Assembly (NCBI GenBank): GCA_002269645.1
Contig: NIVC01000567.1
Location: 434,001-498,000, forward strand
Origin: Macrostomum lignano
Lineage: Eukaryota
Length of the DNA: 64,000 nucleotides
Direction of reading: 5' to 3'
Part shown: piece by piece, positions 1-16,496 of the stretch
Position numbering within the stretch: position 1 is the stretch's first letter
Layout: each line of letters begins with the position of its first letter
Program-made: the position numbers and the translations under genes
The notes under the pieces: generated by a model
Databases searched by the model: none
What the model was told of the DNA's origin: nothing
What the model saw: the letters and a program-made list of their open reading frames with translations, nothing else

Positions 1-2460
<2,460 letters not shown>

Positions 2461-2552
2461 CTTGGCTAATGGCTTGGCTGTAAAATTGCATTTTTAAATC
2501 AAATTATGAATAAAGCACATTAATAATTATCTAATTATCTTATTCCTGCCAA

Positions 2553-4760
2553 CTCTACCCTCCAGTGCCTGTCCTCTCGAGCGTCTGTTCCCTGTACCCC
2601 TCCAGTTCCCTCTACCCCTCCAGTTCCCTCTACCCCTCCAGGTCCCTCTACCCCTCCAGGTCCCTCTACCCCTCTAGTGCCTGTTCCCTCTACCCCTCTA
2701 GTGCCTGTTCCCTCTACCCCTCTAGTGCCTGTTCCCTCTACCCCTCTAGTGCCTGTTCCCTCTACCCCTCCAGTGTCTGTTCCCTCTACCCCTCCAGTGT
2801 CTGTTCCCTCTACCCTCCAGTGTCTGTTCCCTCTACCCCTCCAGTGTCTGTTCCATTTTCCCCTCCAGTGTCTGTTCCATTTTCCCCTCCAGTGTCTGTT
2901 CCCTCTACCCTCCAGTGTCTGTTCCATTTTCCCCTCCAGTGTCTGTTCCCTCTACCCCTCCAGTGTCTGTTCCATTTTCCCCTCCAGTGTCTGTTCCCTC
3001 TACCCTCCAGTGTCTGTTCCCTCTACCCCTCCAGTGTCTGTTCCCTCTACCCCTCCAGTGTCTGTTCCTTCTACCCTCCAGTGTCTGTTCCTTCTACCCT
3101 CCAGTGTCTGTTCCCTCTACCCTCCAGTGTCTGTTCCCTCTACCCCTCCAGTGTCTGTTCCATCTACCCTCCAGTGTCTGTTCCCTCTACCCCTCCAGTG
3201 TCTGTTCCATTTTCCCCTCCAGTGTCTGTTCCATTTTCCCCTCCAGTGTCTGTTCCCTCTACCCTCCAGTGTCTGTTCCATTTTCCCCTCCAGTGTCTGT
3301 TCCATTTTCCCCTCCAGTGTCTGTTCCATTTTCCCCTCCAGTGTCTGTTCCCTCTACCCTCCAGTGTCTGTTCCTTCTACCCTCCAGTGTCTGTTCCCTC
3401 TACCCTCCAGTGTCTGTTCCCTCTACCCCTCCAGTGTCTGTTCCCTCTACCCTCCAGTGTCTGTTCCCTCTACCCCTCCAGTGTCTGTTCCATTTTCCCC
3501 TCCAGTGTCTGTTCCCTCTACCCTCCAGTGTCTGTTCCCTCTACCCTCCAGTGTCTGTTCCCTCTACCCTCCAGTGTCTGTTCCCTCTACCCCTCCAGTG
3601 TCTGTTCCCTCTACCCCTCCAGTGTCTGTTCCATTTTCCCCTCCAGTGTCTGTTCCATTTTCCCCTCCAGTGTCTGTTCCATTTTCCCCTCCAGTGTCTG
3701 TTCCATTTTCCCCTCCAGTGTCTGTTCCCTCTACCCTCCAGTGTCTGTTCCCTCTACCCCTCCAGTGTCTGTTCCATTTTCCCCTCCAGTGTCTGTTCCC
3801 TCTACCCTCCAGTGTCTGTTCCCTCTACCCCTCCAGTGTCTGTTCCATTTTCCCCTCCAGTGTCTGTTCCCTCTACCCTCCAGTGTCTGTTCCCTCTACC
3901 CTCCAGTGTCTGTTCCCTCTACCCCTCCAGTGTCTGTTCCATTTTCCCCTCCAGTGTCTGTTCCCTCTACCCTCCAGTGTCTGTTCCATTTTCCCCTCCA
4001 GTGTCTGTTCCATTTTCCCCTCCAGTGTCTGTTCCCTCTACCCTCCAGTGTCTGTTCCATTTTCCCCTCCAGTGTCTGTTCCCTCTACCCTCCAGTGTCT
4101 GTTCCCTCTACCCCTCCAGTGTCTGCTCCCTCTACCCTCCAGTGCCTGTTCCCTCTACCCCTCCAGTGTCTGTTCCATTTTCCCCTCCAGTGTCTGTTCC
4201 ATTTTCCCCTCCAGTGTCTGTTCCATTTTCCCCTCCAGTGTCTGTTCCATTTTCCCCTCCAGTGTCTGTTCCCTCTACCCTCCAGTGTCTGTTCCCTCTA
4301 CCCCTCCAGTGTCTGTTCCATTTTCCCCTCCAGTGTCTGTTCCCTCTACCCTCCAGTGTCTGTTCCCTCTACCCCTCCAGTGTCTGTTCCATTTTCCCCT
4401 CCAGTGTCTGTTCCCTCTACCCTCCAGTGTCTGTTCCCTCTACCCTCCAGTGTCTGTTCCCTCTACCCCTCCAGTGTCTGTTCCATTTTCCCCTCCAGTG
4501 TCTGTTCCCTCTACCCTCCAGTGTCTGTTCCATTTTCCCCTCCAGTGTCTGTTCCATTTTCCCCTCCAGTGTCTGTTCCCTCTACCCTCCAGTGTCTGTT
4601 CCATTTTCCCCTCCAGTGTCTGTTCCCTCTACCCTCCAGTGTCTGTTCCCTCTACCCCTCCAGTGTCTGCTCCCTCTACCCTCCAGTGCCTGTTCCCTCT
4701 ACCCCTCCAGTGCCTGTTCCCTCTACCCCTCCATTGCCTGTTCCCCCTACCCCTCCATTG
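2553..4760. repeat. 22-23-bp minisatellite (CCAGTGTCTGTTCCCTCTACCCT / CCAGTGTCTGTTCCATTTTCCCCT)
   Basis: About 95 tandem units of two interspersed variants, starting ~90 bp upstream of the GMPPA ATG. Confidence 0.97.
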
Positions 4761-5325
4761 CATACTCCACTACGGTAACAAGATACAAATGCTTCCTACA
4801 GCACGCGGTGATAAAAACAAACATGAGTAATAAAGCAGACAATTTTACAAACCAACAGACATAACTGTCTATCATTTAAAATACGCTATCCAATATATAT
4901 TCTGTATTCGAGCCGAACAAAACAGACAGTTAGAAGACAAAAAATTAGGCGAACATTCATCATAAACTTCGGCATACTGTAAGCCCACTTACTTTAGTAG
5001 TAACTCGTACAAGTTCAGTTGGATAACTAGGAAAAAAATAAACTAATTAAAATATTTATCAATACGCGCGTACCATACTACTGCGATTTTTAAATCAACT
5101 AAAAATTGGCTCCTATGTTACACAGTCAAATCCACAAGTCAAAAAATTCATTGAAATAAATTTCATTTACCCATTTATGGTGTTTGCATTTTAACGAAAG
5201 AGCTTTAAATGACAGATGTTACAGGTAGTTCTACTACAGTACATTTTTTCTTAAAATGCACACGAGAAACACTAAAAATAATAATATAACAAGCTTTTAG
5301 CTGTTATCTAACAGATTGTCTGACA

Positions 5326-6203
5326 TGGTGTCTAACAGGTGCTAAACCCCTTGTGTCTAACAGGTTTCAAATTTCTGTGTCTAACAGGTTTCAATTCACT
5401 GTGTCTAACAGGTTCCAAATCCCAGCGTCTAACAGGTTTTAAACGCTTCTGCCTAACAGGTTTTAAAAAACCGTATCTAACAGGTGCCGAATCTCTGTGT
5501 CTAACAGGTTTCAAATTTCTGTGTCTAACAGGTTTCAAATCCCTGTGTCTAACAGGTTTCAAACACCCGTGTCTAACAGGTTTCAAACCCTTCTGCCTAA
5601 CAGGTTTTAAAAAACCGTGTCTAACAGGTGCCGAACCTCTGTGTCTAACACGTTTCAAATCCCTGTGTCTACAGGTTCCAAATCCCAGCGTCTAACAGGT
5701 TTTAAACGCTTCTGCCTAACAGGTTTTAAAAAACCGTATCTAACAGGTGCCGAATCTCTGTGTCTAACAGGTTTCAAATTTCTGTGTCTAACAGGTTTCA
5801 AATCCCTGTGTCTAACAGGTTTCAAACACCCGTGTCTAACAGGTTTCAAACCCTTCTGCCTAACAGGTTTTAAAAAACCGTGTCTAACAGGTGCCGAACC
5901 TCTGTGTCTAACACGTTTCAAATCCCTGTGTCTACAGGTTCCAAATCCCAGCGTCTAACAGGTTTTAAACGCTTCTGCCTAACAGGTTTTAAAAAACCGT
6001 ATCTAACAGGTGCCGAATCTCTGTGTCTAACAGGTTTCAAATCTCTGTGTCTAACAGGTTTCAAATCCCTGTGTCTAACAGGTTTCAAACACCCGTGTCT
6101 AACAGGTTTCAAACCCTTCTGCCTAACAGGTTTTAAAAAACCGTGTCTAACAGGTGCCGAACCTCTGTGTCTAACAGGTTTCAAATCCCTGTGTCTAACA
6201 GGT
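5326..6203. repeat. ~22-bp GTCTAACAGGT-core minisatellite with 263-bp higher-order period
   Basis: Variant order repeats at 5617/5880 and 5655/5918. Confidence 0.95.
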
Positions 6204-6285
6204 TCAAAAATCGTGTCTAATTGTGAACTCGTCTACAAAAAATCAATCTCACTAGAGTTACTAAACTGATAAATTAAAGAAATCG

Positions 6286-8315
6286 TTAAACCCCAAGCGA
6301 TTGCCGCACGGTAGCCCTGGCCCGCTGTACAAACGAATCATAATTATCTCTGTACATCTTGCCCGCGTCAACATTGGCTGGACTGTCAGCATTGGGCTCG
6401 GCCAAGATGCTCAACACTGACAGGAGAATCTTTTCAACACTCTGAACTGGACTCCAACGCTCTTGGGAGCTTTCGTAGCCAGTGGGATCCTCTCCAGGTG
6501 GATGCAGGATGCTGATGCAAACGTTGCCATCTTTGTAGATGTTGGGGTGGAAAATCTCGTTGACAAAGCGCAGTTTCGGCGGATTCAATGGATAGTCCAA
6601 CGGGAAAGTCAGGATTGTGGTGAATAGGCCGCCTTCGAATGGGCTCTGCTCTGGGCCTCTGCAATATGCCATATTAACACTATTTAGCTTAGTTAAGCAG
6701 ATTCAATAGTGGTTAGTTTCGAAGCTATCGTTTCGTAATGTTTCATAAGCTATGGATTTCACAAACAGATGCCGAACCCCTGTATCTAACAGGTGCCGAA
6801 CACCTGTATCTAACAGGTGCCGAACCCCTGTGTCTAACAGGTGCCGAACCCCTGTGTCTAACAGGTGCCGAACCCATGTGTCTAACAGGTGCCGAACCCA
6901 TGTGTCTAACAGGTGCCAAACCCTTGTGTCTAACAGGCGTCAAACCCTATGTGTCTAACAGGTGCCGAACCCATGTCTAACAGGTGCCAAACCCTTGTGT
7001 CTAACAGGCGTCAAACCCTATGTGTCTAACAGGTGCCGAACCCATGTGTCTAACAGGTGCCAAACCCTTGTGTCTAACAGGCGTCAAGCCCTATGTGTCT
7101 AACAGGTGCCGAACCCCTGTATCTAACAGGTGCCGAACCCCTGTATCTAACAGGTGCCGAACCCCTGTATCTAACAGGTGCTGAACCCCTGTGTCTAACA
7201 GGTGCCGAACCCATGTGTCTAACAGGTGCCAAACCCTTGTGTCTAACAGGCGTCAAACCCTATGTTTCTAACAGGTGCCGAACCCCTGTGTCTAACAGAT
7301 GCCGAACCTCTGTGTCTAACAGGTGCCGAACCCCTGTGTCTAACAGGTGCCGAACCCCTGTGTCTAACAGGTGCCAAACCCTTGTGTCTAACAGGTGCTG
7401 AGCCCATGTGTCCAACAGGTGCCGAACCCCTGTGTCTAACAGGTGCTGAGCCCATGTGTCTAACAGGTGCTGAGCCCATGTGTCTAACAGGTGCTGAGCC
7501 CATGTGTCTAACAGGTGCTGAGCCCATGTGTCTAACAGGTGCTGAGCCCATGTGTCTAACAGGTGCTGAGCCCATGTGTCTAACAGGTGCTGAGCCCATG
7601 TGTCTAACAGGTGCTGAGCCCATGTGTCTAACAGGTGCCGAACCCCTGTGTCTAACAGGTGCCGAACCCCTGTGTCTAACAGGTGCCGAACCCCTGTGTC
7701 CCACAGGTGCCGAACCCCTGTGTCTAACAGGTGCTGAGCCCATGTGTCTAACAGGTGCTGAGCCCATGTGTCTAACAGGTGCTGAGCCCATGTGTCTAAC
7801 AGGTGCCGAACCCCTGTGTCTAACAGGTGCCGAACCCCTGTGTCTAACAGGTGCCGAACCCCTGTGTCTAACAGGTGCCGAACCCCTGTGTCTAACAGGT
7901 GCCGAACCCCTGTGTCCAACAGGTGCCAAACCCCTGTGTCTAACAGGTACCAAACCTTTGTGTCTAACATGTGCTGAGCCCATGTCTAACAGGTGCCAAA
8001 ACCTGTGTCTAACAGGTGTTAAGACTCTGTTTAACAGGTTTTACACCCATTTGTCTGACCCTTCGCCATGATGTATACAGTATATATCCAAAAACCTTGA
8101 TTAAGCTAACATTATAATTTACAAAATTGTGTATCAAGCTTGAAGTCAACTTACTTTATCAATGCTTCCCATTCAAAGAAATTGTCACAGGATTTTGGCC
8201 CAGCAACAATGCCCTCTGGTGGGTCCTCAGTCAGCTCTAAAATTTATTTTTTAATATTGTAATGCTGAAAAGATTCTATAAATATGTTTTTAAAAATAAT
8301 GAATATACTCAAATA

Positions 8316-8346
<31 letters not shown>

Positions 8347-9145
8347 CTAGACATTTAATACTCCAATGTTTAAACAAAAGTATAGAAATAATTGGGTTTC
8401 TTGATTATATAATCTCAAATTGCTTATAGGTTCAATATAGTTATAATTATATACATGTTAATTATAGTAGAAATTTAAATTTAGCTATAGTTTAATATTT
8501 AGGTTGAACTATTGACATGGAAAATAATATTGTTTTTATAAAATATATTTAGTTTGAACTTTTTGAATGTTATAAGAATTTAAAAGGCCTAAAAACCAAA
8601 CTATTTATTTTATTTAGGCCTAATCAAAGTTGAAATCAATATAAAAAATCAAAGTATTAAGGTAAACCAGTACTATATATAATATAAATTTTGATATTAT
8701 TATAAAATATTTTAATAAGTTTTTTTCTATTATACTTTTGATAAACTTTTAATTTTATTAATATATTATATTTATAATCATTCAACAAGTTTTTTAAAAT
8801 TATATTTAATTTAGTATTCTCTTGTTGTCTTGGTAATGATAATATAACCATTGACAATTACTGTAAAACTTAATTTATATTTCTATTATAAGTTTTAAGT
8901 TAGAATAGTCAGTTTTTTAAAACTCTCTGAGCCTAGTAGGCAGCTAAGCCTAGACCTAGAACTTTAGATATAGTTTGTTTTAATTTCAAAATTTTAGGCA
9001 TAACTTATTACAGCTTACACTTACAGAAAAGCCCTTACTAAAAAAACTCTAGCTAAAATACAAATTTAAAAAACAAAACAGATCAAAAAATTAAAATCTT
9101 ACTTTTAAACTCAGCTTTCAGGCGCTTTATAGCTGCACCAGCCAT
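6286..9145 (-). CDS. UBE2G2: Ubiquitin-conjugating enzyme E2 G2 (Ubc7 family), 165 aa
   Basis: Exons 9145-9103 (MAGAAIKRLKAEFK), 8236-8155 (LTEDPPEGIVAGPKSCDNFFEWEALI) and 6658-6286 (GPEQSPFEGG...FHPNIYKDGNVCISILHPPGEDPTGYESSQERWSPVQSVEKILLSV). Total 498 nt with GT-AG boundaries. Catalytic Cys and the Ubc7 acidic loop are present. Confidence 0.95.
6765..8040. repeat. ~21-bp minisatellite TGTGTCTAACAGGTGCCGAACCCC, UBE2G2 intron 2
   Basis: Direct inspection. Same core as the 5326-6203 array. Confidence 0.96.
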
Positions 9146-10239
9146 ATGACAATGTTTAGGCTAAAAAAATACAAACTACAGTCAAAATCAGGTAAAGAAA
9201 CAGTTCGCCTAAACTAATTCAACTTAACACTAGGCCTGTCTATTACAATATTTGAACTAGGCCAAATGGAGATGCAGCTGCCTAACGTTCTTGAATTTTA
9301 GCAAACTATAATACGTTACACCGTACAGAGACAAAAAATCTATGAACAAGGCCAAACAGGAAGAAGTTTTCAATAACTAAACAAATGTAATAGATAAGCA
9401 AGCTGAAGCATGCCACTGTTTCAACTAATCTGCAGACAGGCCTTACACATTTTCTAGAAAATTCACAGAACATGCTCAGTTTAAAATTGTCCCTACTTCG
9501 TGTATTACTTGCGACTGACACATTTTAACTAATGCTGTGCAAGTAAGTACTTAGTACCTATTTAAACCTAATTATAAGCTAGCACGTAGACTGTAATAGC
9601 TTATCATTAATATTTGAATATTTTCATTCATTTTTATACAGTGAGACAGGCTGCCTATGCATGTACCCCGGTTGCACGTGTCATGCAGTACATGTAAGTG
9701 AGTGTACATTGCAAATAGGAAATAGCTACGAGATTAGTGGACCTAACATAAGCACTTGCTCAATTACATATACTACGAAAGGGACTTCCGCTTAGGTTTG
9801 CTCGCTCAGGGTCGATACTTCGAGAAGCATGAAAATTATGCATGTTACAATAAATATGTGCATGTATAAGCCAGCGCATGAATTATCCCGTCAATCACCC
9901 ATCCGAAATTAAATAACATGTACTGCAATGCATTCCCATCATCTCGTACAATACATTATAAATTGTGTTTTACATTTATGTTTAAATAAGGAAAATTAAT
10001 CGGCGGTGAGTTATTTATTGGTAAATGCGCGAACACCACACAACAATTAGTAGGGCAACTATGACTCTTGAATTGTTACCTTAATCCAAAACAACGTGTC
10101 CTAGCTTAATGGTACCACAACAGGGTGAATGAATTAAACATTCCATTTAAAAGCTGTACATAAACATGTAAATGCACTTGTAAATGTAAAAGCAAGGGTC
10201 ATACACGTTTAGTTCAATGGAGGGTACGACGGAATTTAG

Positions 10240-10650
<411 letters not shown>

Positions 10651-11304
10651 AACACTGGCCCAAATGAGAGTGATACGAGCTAAGGTTGAAGGAGGACGGA
10701 CAAAAAGAGCAGCAAATACAGAGCATTGGAGATGGATGCCTGAGCAGTCTCAACCCACCCCACCCCCACTGAGCAGATTAGCACCAAAACAATCGCCAGA
10801 GGGTGAAACCAAGTCTTGGAAGCAGAGCAACATTAATGACTGGATGACACAAAGCACCATGGGAGTGCAGGTGCACTATTTACTGACAGCACGTATTGTT
10901 AAAGTAAATCGAAGTTGAACTCAAATTTAGCCACGATTAGCACCTTTTATAAAGTATGGCAGATGATCAGAGAACTTCGCAAAAAATGAAATGACCAGCC
11001 ATTTAGAAGTGATAATTACTCAAACTCGGCATTTCTAGGCTTGATCAAATTGTGTTTAGCTATTATCAATTTATAATTATTGAAGAAATATGGTCACGTC
11101 AGTGGGTCAGGACTCAGCCCCGCATCTCTTGCCTCGCCATAGGTGGTCCCTGTACGAGGCACCTGTGGTAACTTAAAAAGTTAGCAAAAAATTCCGTGAT
11201 ACTCAAATATCAGGGTTTTCTATAGTTATTCAAAGAAGTTGAATTTTGTCGACTGTCTATTTTTTCTTGTTGGAAATATTGTTAGAAATAAAATTGTTTC
11301 ATTG

Positions 11305-11780
11305 AGAGGGAGAGCGGGGGAGGGAGACAGGAAATGGGAGCGGGGAGAGGAAGAGTAAGATGGAGAGTGCAGGTAGAGGGGAGGGAGAGCGGGAGAGGTA
11401 GAGCGGGGGAGGGAGAGCGGGGGAGGGAGAGTGGAGGAGGGAGAGCGGGGGAGGGAGAGAGGGAGAGGAAGAGAGGAAGATGGAGAGAGGAAGATTCAGA
11501 GGAGAGGGAGAGAAGAAGAGAAAGAGAGAGAAAGAGAGAGCGGGGGAGGGAGAGCGGGAGAGGTAGAGCGGGGGAGGGAGAGCGGAGCGGGAGAGGTAGA
11601 GCGGGAGAGGGAGAGCGGGAGAGGTAGAGCGGGAGAGGTAGAGCGGGGGAGAGAGAGCGGGGGAGGGAGAGCGGGGGAGGGAGAGCGGGAGAGGTAGAGC
11701 GGGGGAGGGAGAGCGGGAGAGGTAGATGCGGGGGAGGGAGAGCGGGGGAGGGAGAGCGGGAGAGGTAGAGCGGGGGAGGG
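11305..11780. repeat. Purine-rich GGGAGAGCGGG(A/G) repeat
   Basis: Direct inspection. Confidence 0.9.
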
Positions 11781-12815
11781 ATGTGTTTTCATTTCAACAG
11801 AGCATTCATTACTACAGTATTAACTGGTCAACAATGCTTTATACGTTGTCAGCTCTTCATCAGTCTTGGAAAAGCTGCAAACAGCTTCGTAGATTCTTCA
11901 GCACTTTCAAAAGTGCACTTTTGGCAAAACAGTTTCCAAATACTATAAATCAAAGTAACGTTCTCTAAGTTTTCTTTCAAATTTACATGTAAATTTTACT
12001 CCTGAACTGTAGGGCAATCATTATTAAGAATTTACACCAATGGTATCTGATAGAGAGTTGGTAGCGGACGAGTTGGCAGAGATTCACGGGCCTGACAGCG
12101 TCGGAGATCAGGACCTCTCCTAAGTAAATGGGGGGGGGGGGCATTCACAGATGAAATTCTCAAATCCAGAGTGGCAGAATGGGCCATGCCCTTGCAAAAC
12201 AGCCATGACCCGAGAGGGCCATGATCACCGCCCTGATGTCCCTAGGGTTGAGTCCAAGCAGAGCCCTACGAAAGGCGGGGGAAGGAGGAGGGGACAACCG
12301 CGCGGGATTGCCGGCAGTAGGGGACGTTAGCCCATGAACTCTCCCAGTGCTTTGAAGCCACCCACTGGTTGAAAATTCAGTTCGATGAAAAGCAGCAAGT
12401 TTGGACTTGAGATGTACGTGGAGAAATCAAATTATGACGATAAACTGAAAGTGCTGAGATACGAGATGTTCCATATAGGGAGTCATTTTCTGTAGCCTGT
12501 GGCCTCTGTAAACTTCGTAATTGGAGTTGGACGAGAGCAAAACCTCAACCTCAAGCGATGACGTAATAATTAGCTTTTTTATTAGATTCTCAAATGTACA
12601 TTCATTGGACGGCAGTTCCCCCAACCCCCCCCCCCCCCTACTCATTGATTCGTTTTGGGGGTTTGAGTTAAAAAATACAAGCGTATGTTATAGGGAGGGC
12701 AGACTGTCAGTCAGCGATTGATGAATCAAGTCGTATATAAATATTAAGTGCCGACAGAACTAGCAATGCCACTTTGATAAGGAAACCAGTGCTGCTTCAT
12801 GAGACACAGCAAAAC

Positions 12816-15800
12816 ATGAAAAAGACAAACACGACTGTTAAAGGCAGCTGCGCTAGCGACCCAGCGGCTGCTGCGGAACTGACAACGGCAGCTGAAGTGA
12901 CACCATTGGTGAAGTCGACATCAAGGACTCAGGTGCAGCAGGGATTTCAGCCGCGTTACCTAGCTAATGTGGCACCGTCTGGTGAACAGGTATGTCTGTT
13001 TATTTTAATTTAACTCCCTACCAGTTGCGCACTCAGGAATTTTAATTGGTGGGCGCCTCTGTCGCTTGGTGGGCGCCTCTGTCGCTTGGTGGGCGCCCCT
13101 GTCTCTTAATGGGCGCCTCTGTCGCTTGGTGGGCGCCGCTGTCGCTTGGTGAGCGCCCCTGTCTCTTGGTGAGCGCCCCTGTCTCTTGAAGGGCGCCTCT
13201 GTCGCTTGGTGGGCGCCTCTGTCGCTTGGTGAGCGCCCCTGTCTCTCTGTCGCTTGGTGGGCGCCCCTGTCTCTTAATGGGCGCCTCTGTCGCTTGGTGG
13301 GCGCCGCTGTCGCTTGGTGAGCGCCCCTGTCTCTTGGTGAGCGCCTCTGTCTCTTGAAGGGCGCCCCTGTCTCTTGGCGAGCGCCCCTGTCTCTTGGCGA
13401 GCGCCCCTGTCTCTTGAAGGGCGCCCCTGTCTCTTGGTGAGCGCCCCTGTCTCTTGGCGAGCGCCCCTGTCTCTTGGCGAGCGACCCTGTCTCTTGGCGA
13501 GCGCCCCTGTCTCTTGGTGGGTGCCCCTGTCTTCTGTCTTACAGGTGACGCGCATATCTAACAGTCGATTCTTATTTGCACCGTTATGATCCCTCATCAT
13601 TAGACCCATAAGGGAATTAATTATAATCAAAGTTACGCCTTGGTTAAAATTTTCAGGTTGAGATCAGTCTCAGCAACTCGTCCACGTGGCGCAAGTTCAG
13701 CCGTCAGAACACGGAGATGATTGTCACCAAGGTTGGCAGGCGAATGTTTCCAACTTTGAGTCTGGATATTCAAGGCCTCGATCCAGCTAAGAAGTACGAA
13801 GTGTACGTCACGCTAATGCTGGCCGATCGGCATACTCTGAAGTACCAGAGAGGCGTGTGGCTGCCCAATGGTCAGGGAGAGGTGTACCCGCCACCTGGCT
13901 GCACAGGTAATGTTTTGTAAACACAAATATTGATTTTCATAAATAGTGACTTGTCTTAAAGCTTTATTGCAAGTTTGTTGCCGTGTCTGCCTGATAGATT
14001 TGATAGTATGGTGTTACCTGTTAGACAGGAGTGTCACCTGTTAGACAGGAGTGTCACCTGTTAGACAGGAGTGTCACCTGTTAGACAGGAGTGTCACCTG
14101 TTAGACAGGAGTGTCACCTGTTAGACAGGAGTGTCACCTGTTAGACAGGAGTGTCACCTGTTAGACAGGAGTGTCACCTGTTAGACAGGAGTGTCACCTG
14201 TTAGACAGGAGTGTCACCTGTTAGACAGGAGTGTCACCTGTTAGACAGGAGTGTCACCTGTTAGCCAGGAGTGTCACCTGTTAGCCAGGAGTGTCACCTA
14301 TTAGCCAGGAGTGTCACCCGTTAGACAGGAGTGTCACCTGTTAGACAGGAGTGTCACCTGTTAGACATGAGTGTCACCTGTTAGCCAGGAGTGTCACCTG
14401 TTAGACAGGAGTGTCACCTGTTAGACAGGAGTATCACCTGTTAGACAGGAGTATCACCTGTTAGACAGGAGTGTCACCTGTTAGACATGAGTGTCACCTG
14501 TTAGACAGGAGTGTCACCTATTAGCCAGGAGTGTCACCTGTTAGACAGAAGTGTCACCTGTTAGACAGGAGTGTCACCTGTTAGACAGGAGTGTCACCTG
14601 TTAGACATGAGTGTCACCTGTTAGCCAGGAGTGTCACCTGTTAGACAGGAGTGTCACCTGTTAGACAGGAGTGTCACCTGTTAGACAGGAGTGTCACCTG
14701 TTAGACAGGAGTGTCACCTGTTAGACAGGAGTATCACCTGTTAGCCAGGAGTGTCACCTGTTAGCCAGGAGTGTCACCTGTTAGACAGGAGTGTCACCTG
14801 TTAGCCAGGAGTGTCACCTGTTAACCAGGAGTGTCTCCTGTTAGACAGGAGTGTCACCTGTTAGCCAGGAGTGTCACCTGTTAGACAGGAGTGTCACCTG
14901 TTAGCCAGGAGTGTCACCTGTTAGACAGGAAGGGTCACACGTTAGCTAGGAGTGTCACCTGTTAGCTAGGAGTGTCACCTGTTAGCTAGGAGTGTCACCT
15001 GTTAGACAGGAGTGTCACCTGTTCGACAGGAGTGTCACCTGTTAGACAGGAGTGTCACCTGTTAGACAGGAGTGTCACCTGTTAGACAGGAGTGTCACCT
15101 GTTAGACAGGAGTGTCACCTGTTAGACAGGAGTGTCACCTGTTAGACAGGAGTGTCACCTGTTAGACAGGAGTGTCACCTGTTAGCCAGGAGTGTCACCT
15201 GTTAGACAGGAGTGTCACTTATTAGACAGGAGTATCACCTGTTAGACAGGAGTGTCACCTGTTAGACAGGAGTGTCACCTGTTAGACAGGAGTGTCACTT
15301 ATTAGACAGGAGTATCACCTGTTAGACATGAGTGTCTCCTGTTAGCCAGTCTCACTGTCAGCCCCGCCACCCCACCAGTCGGCCTGGCCTATGTGCACCC
15401 GGACTCGCCGGCCCCCGGCAAGCACTGGACCCGGCAGGAGGTGGCCTTCATGCGGCTGAAGCTCACCAACAAGCTGGACTGCTTCGCCAGCGAACCGGCT
15501 CGCAACGGCACCATGATATTCGCGTACAGCATGCACAAGTACCTGCCTGTGGTGCACATCCGGGAGCTGGCCAAAAATGATGGTGAGGGATAATAATGTA
15601 TCACTGAGATTAAAATTTGTAGAGATGCACCCTCTGGTGGGGGATTCAAATGAAATTTTTGAGAGTGAGATTTTGGATGATGAGATTTTGGATGAGATGT
15701 AAGATGAGATGTAAGATGAGATGTAGGATGAGGTGTAGGATGAGGTGTAGGATGAGATGTAGAATGAAATGTAGGATGAGATGTAGGATGAGATGTAGGA

Positions 15801-16449
15801 TGATGTGTAGGATGAGATGTAGGATGAGATGTAGAATGAGATGTAGAATGAGATGTAGGATGAGATGTTGAATGAGATGTACGATGAGGATGTAGGATGA
15901 GATGTAGGATGAGATGCGGAATGAAATGTAGGATGAGATGTAGGATGAGATGTAGGATGAGACCTAGGAAGAGATGTAGGATGAGATATAGGATGAGGTG
16001 TAGGATGAAATGTAGGATGAGGTGTAGGATGAAATGTAGGATGAGATGTAGGATGAGACCTAGGAAGAGATGTAGGATGAGGTGTAGGATAAGATGTAGG
16101 ATGAGATGTAGAATGAAATGTAGGATGAGATGCAGGATGAGATAAAAAGAGGTAGAATGAGATGTAGGGTGAGGTGTAGGGTGAGGTGTAGATTGAGATG
16201 TAGGGTGAGATGCTTTTGCAATCCATTCTGTCCCTAACAAACCGCGCAAAAAACTTTGCTCGCAGCCACCGCGTTCTACACAGCCGTGACCTTCCCTGGC
16301 ACGGAGTTCATCACGGTCACCGCCTACCAGAACCCGGAGCTCACCGATCTGAAGATCCAATTCAATCCCTACGCTAAGGGCATCCGCAATCAGGGAGACC
16401 GGTCCGGGCCGCTGCTGATTGACAGTTTCCGGCCCACCGTGCAGGCTCT

Positions 16450-16496
<47 letters not shown>

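Noticed and set aside
12228-12278. CCGCC-CTGATG...CGAAA-GGCGG hairpin resembling a hammerhead ribozyme core in a GC-rich island
   Set aside because: A9 is replaced by U, stem II lacks the closing R-Y pair, the flanks pair with each other leaving no stem I, and there is no NUH cleavage triplet. An Infernal/Rfam scan would be needed to revive it.
14011-15345. Regular arrays (also 19.5, 31.1 and 43.9 kb) superficially like CRISPR
   Set aside because: No unique spacers, no cas genes, and a eukaryotic intron-exon context.
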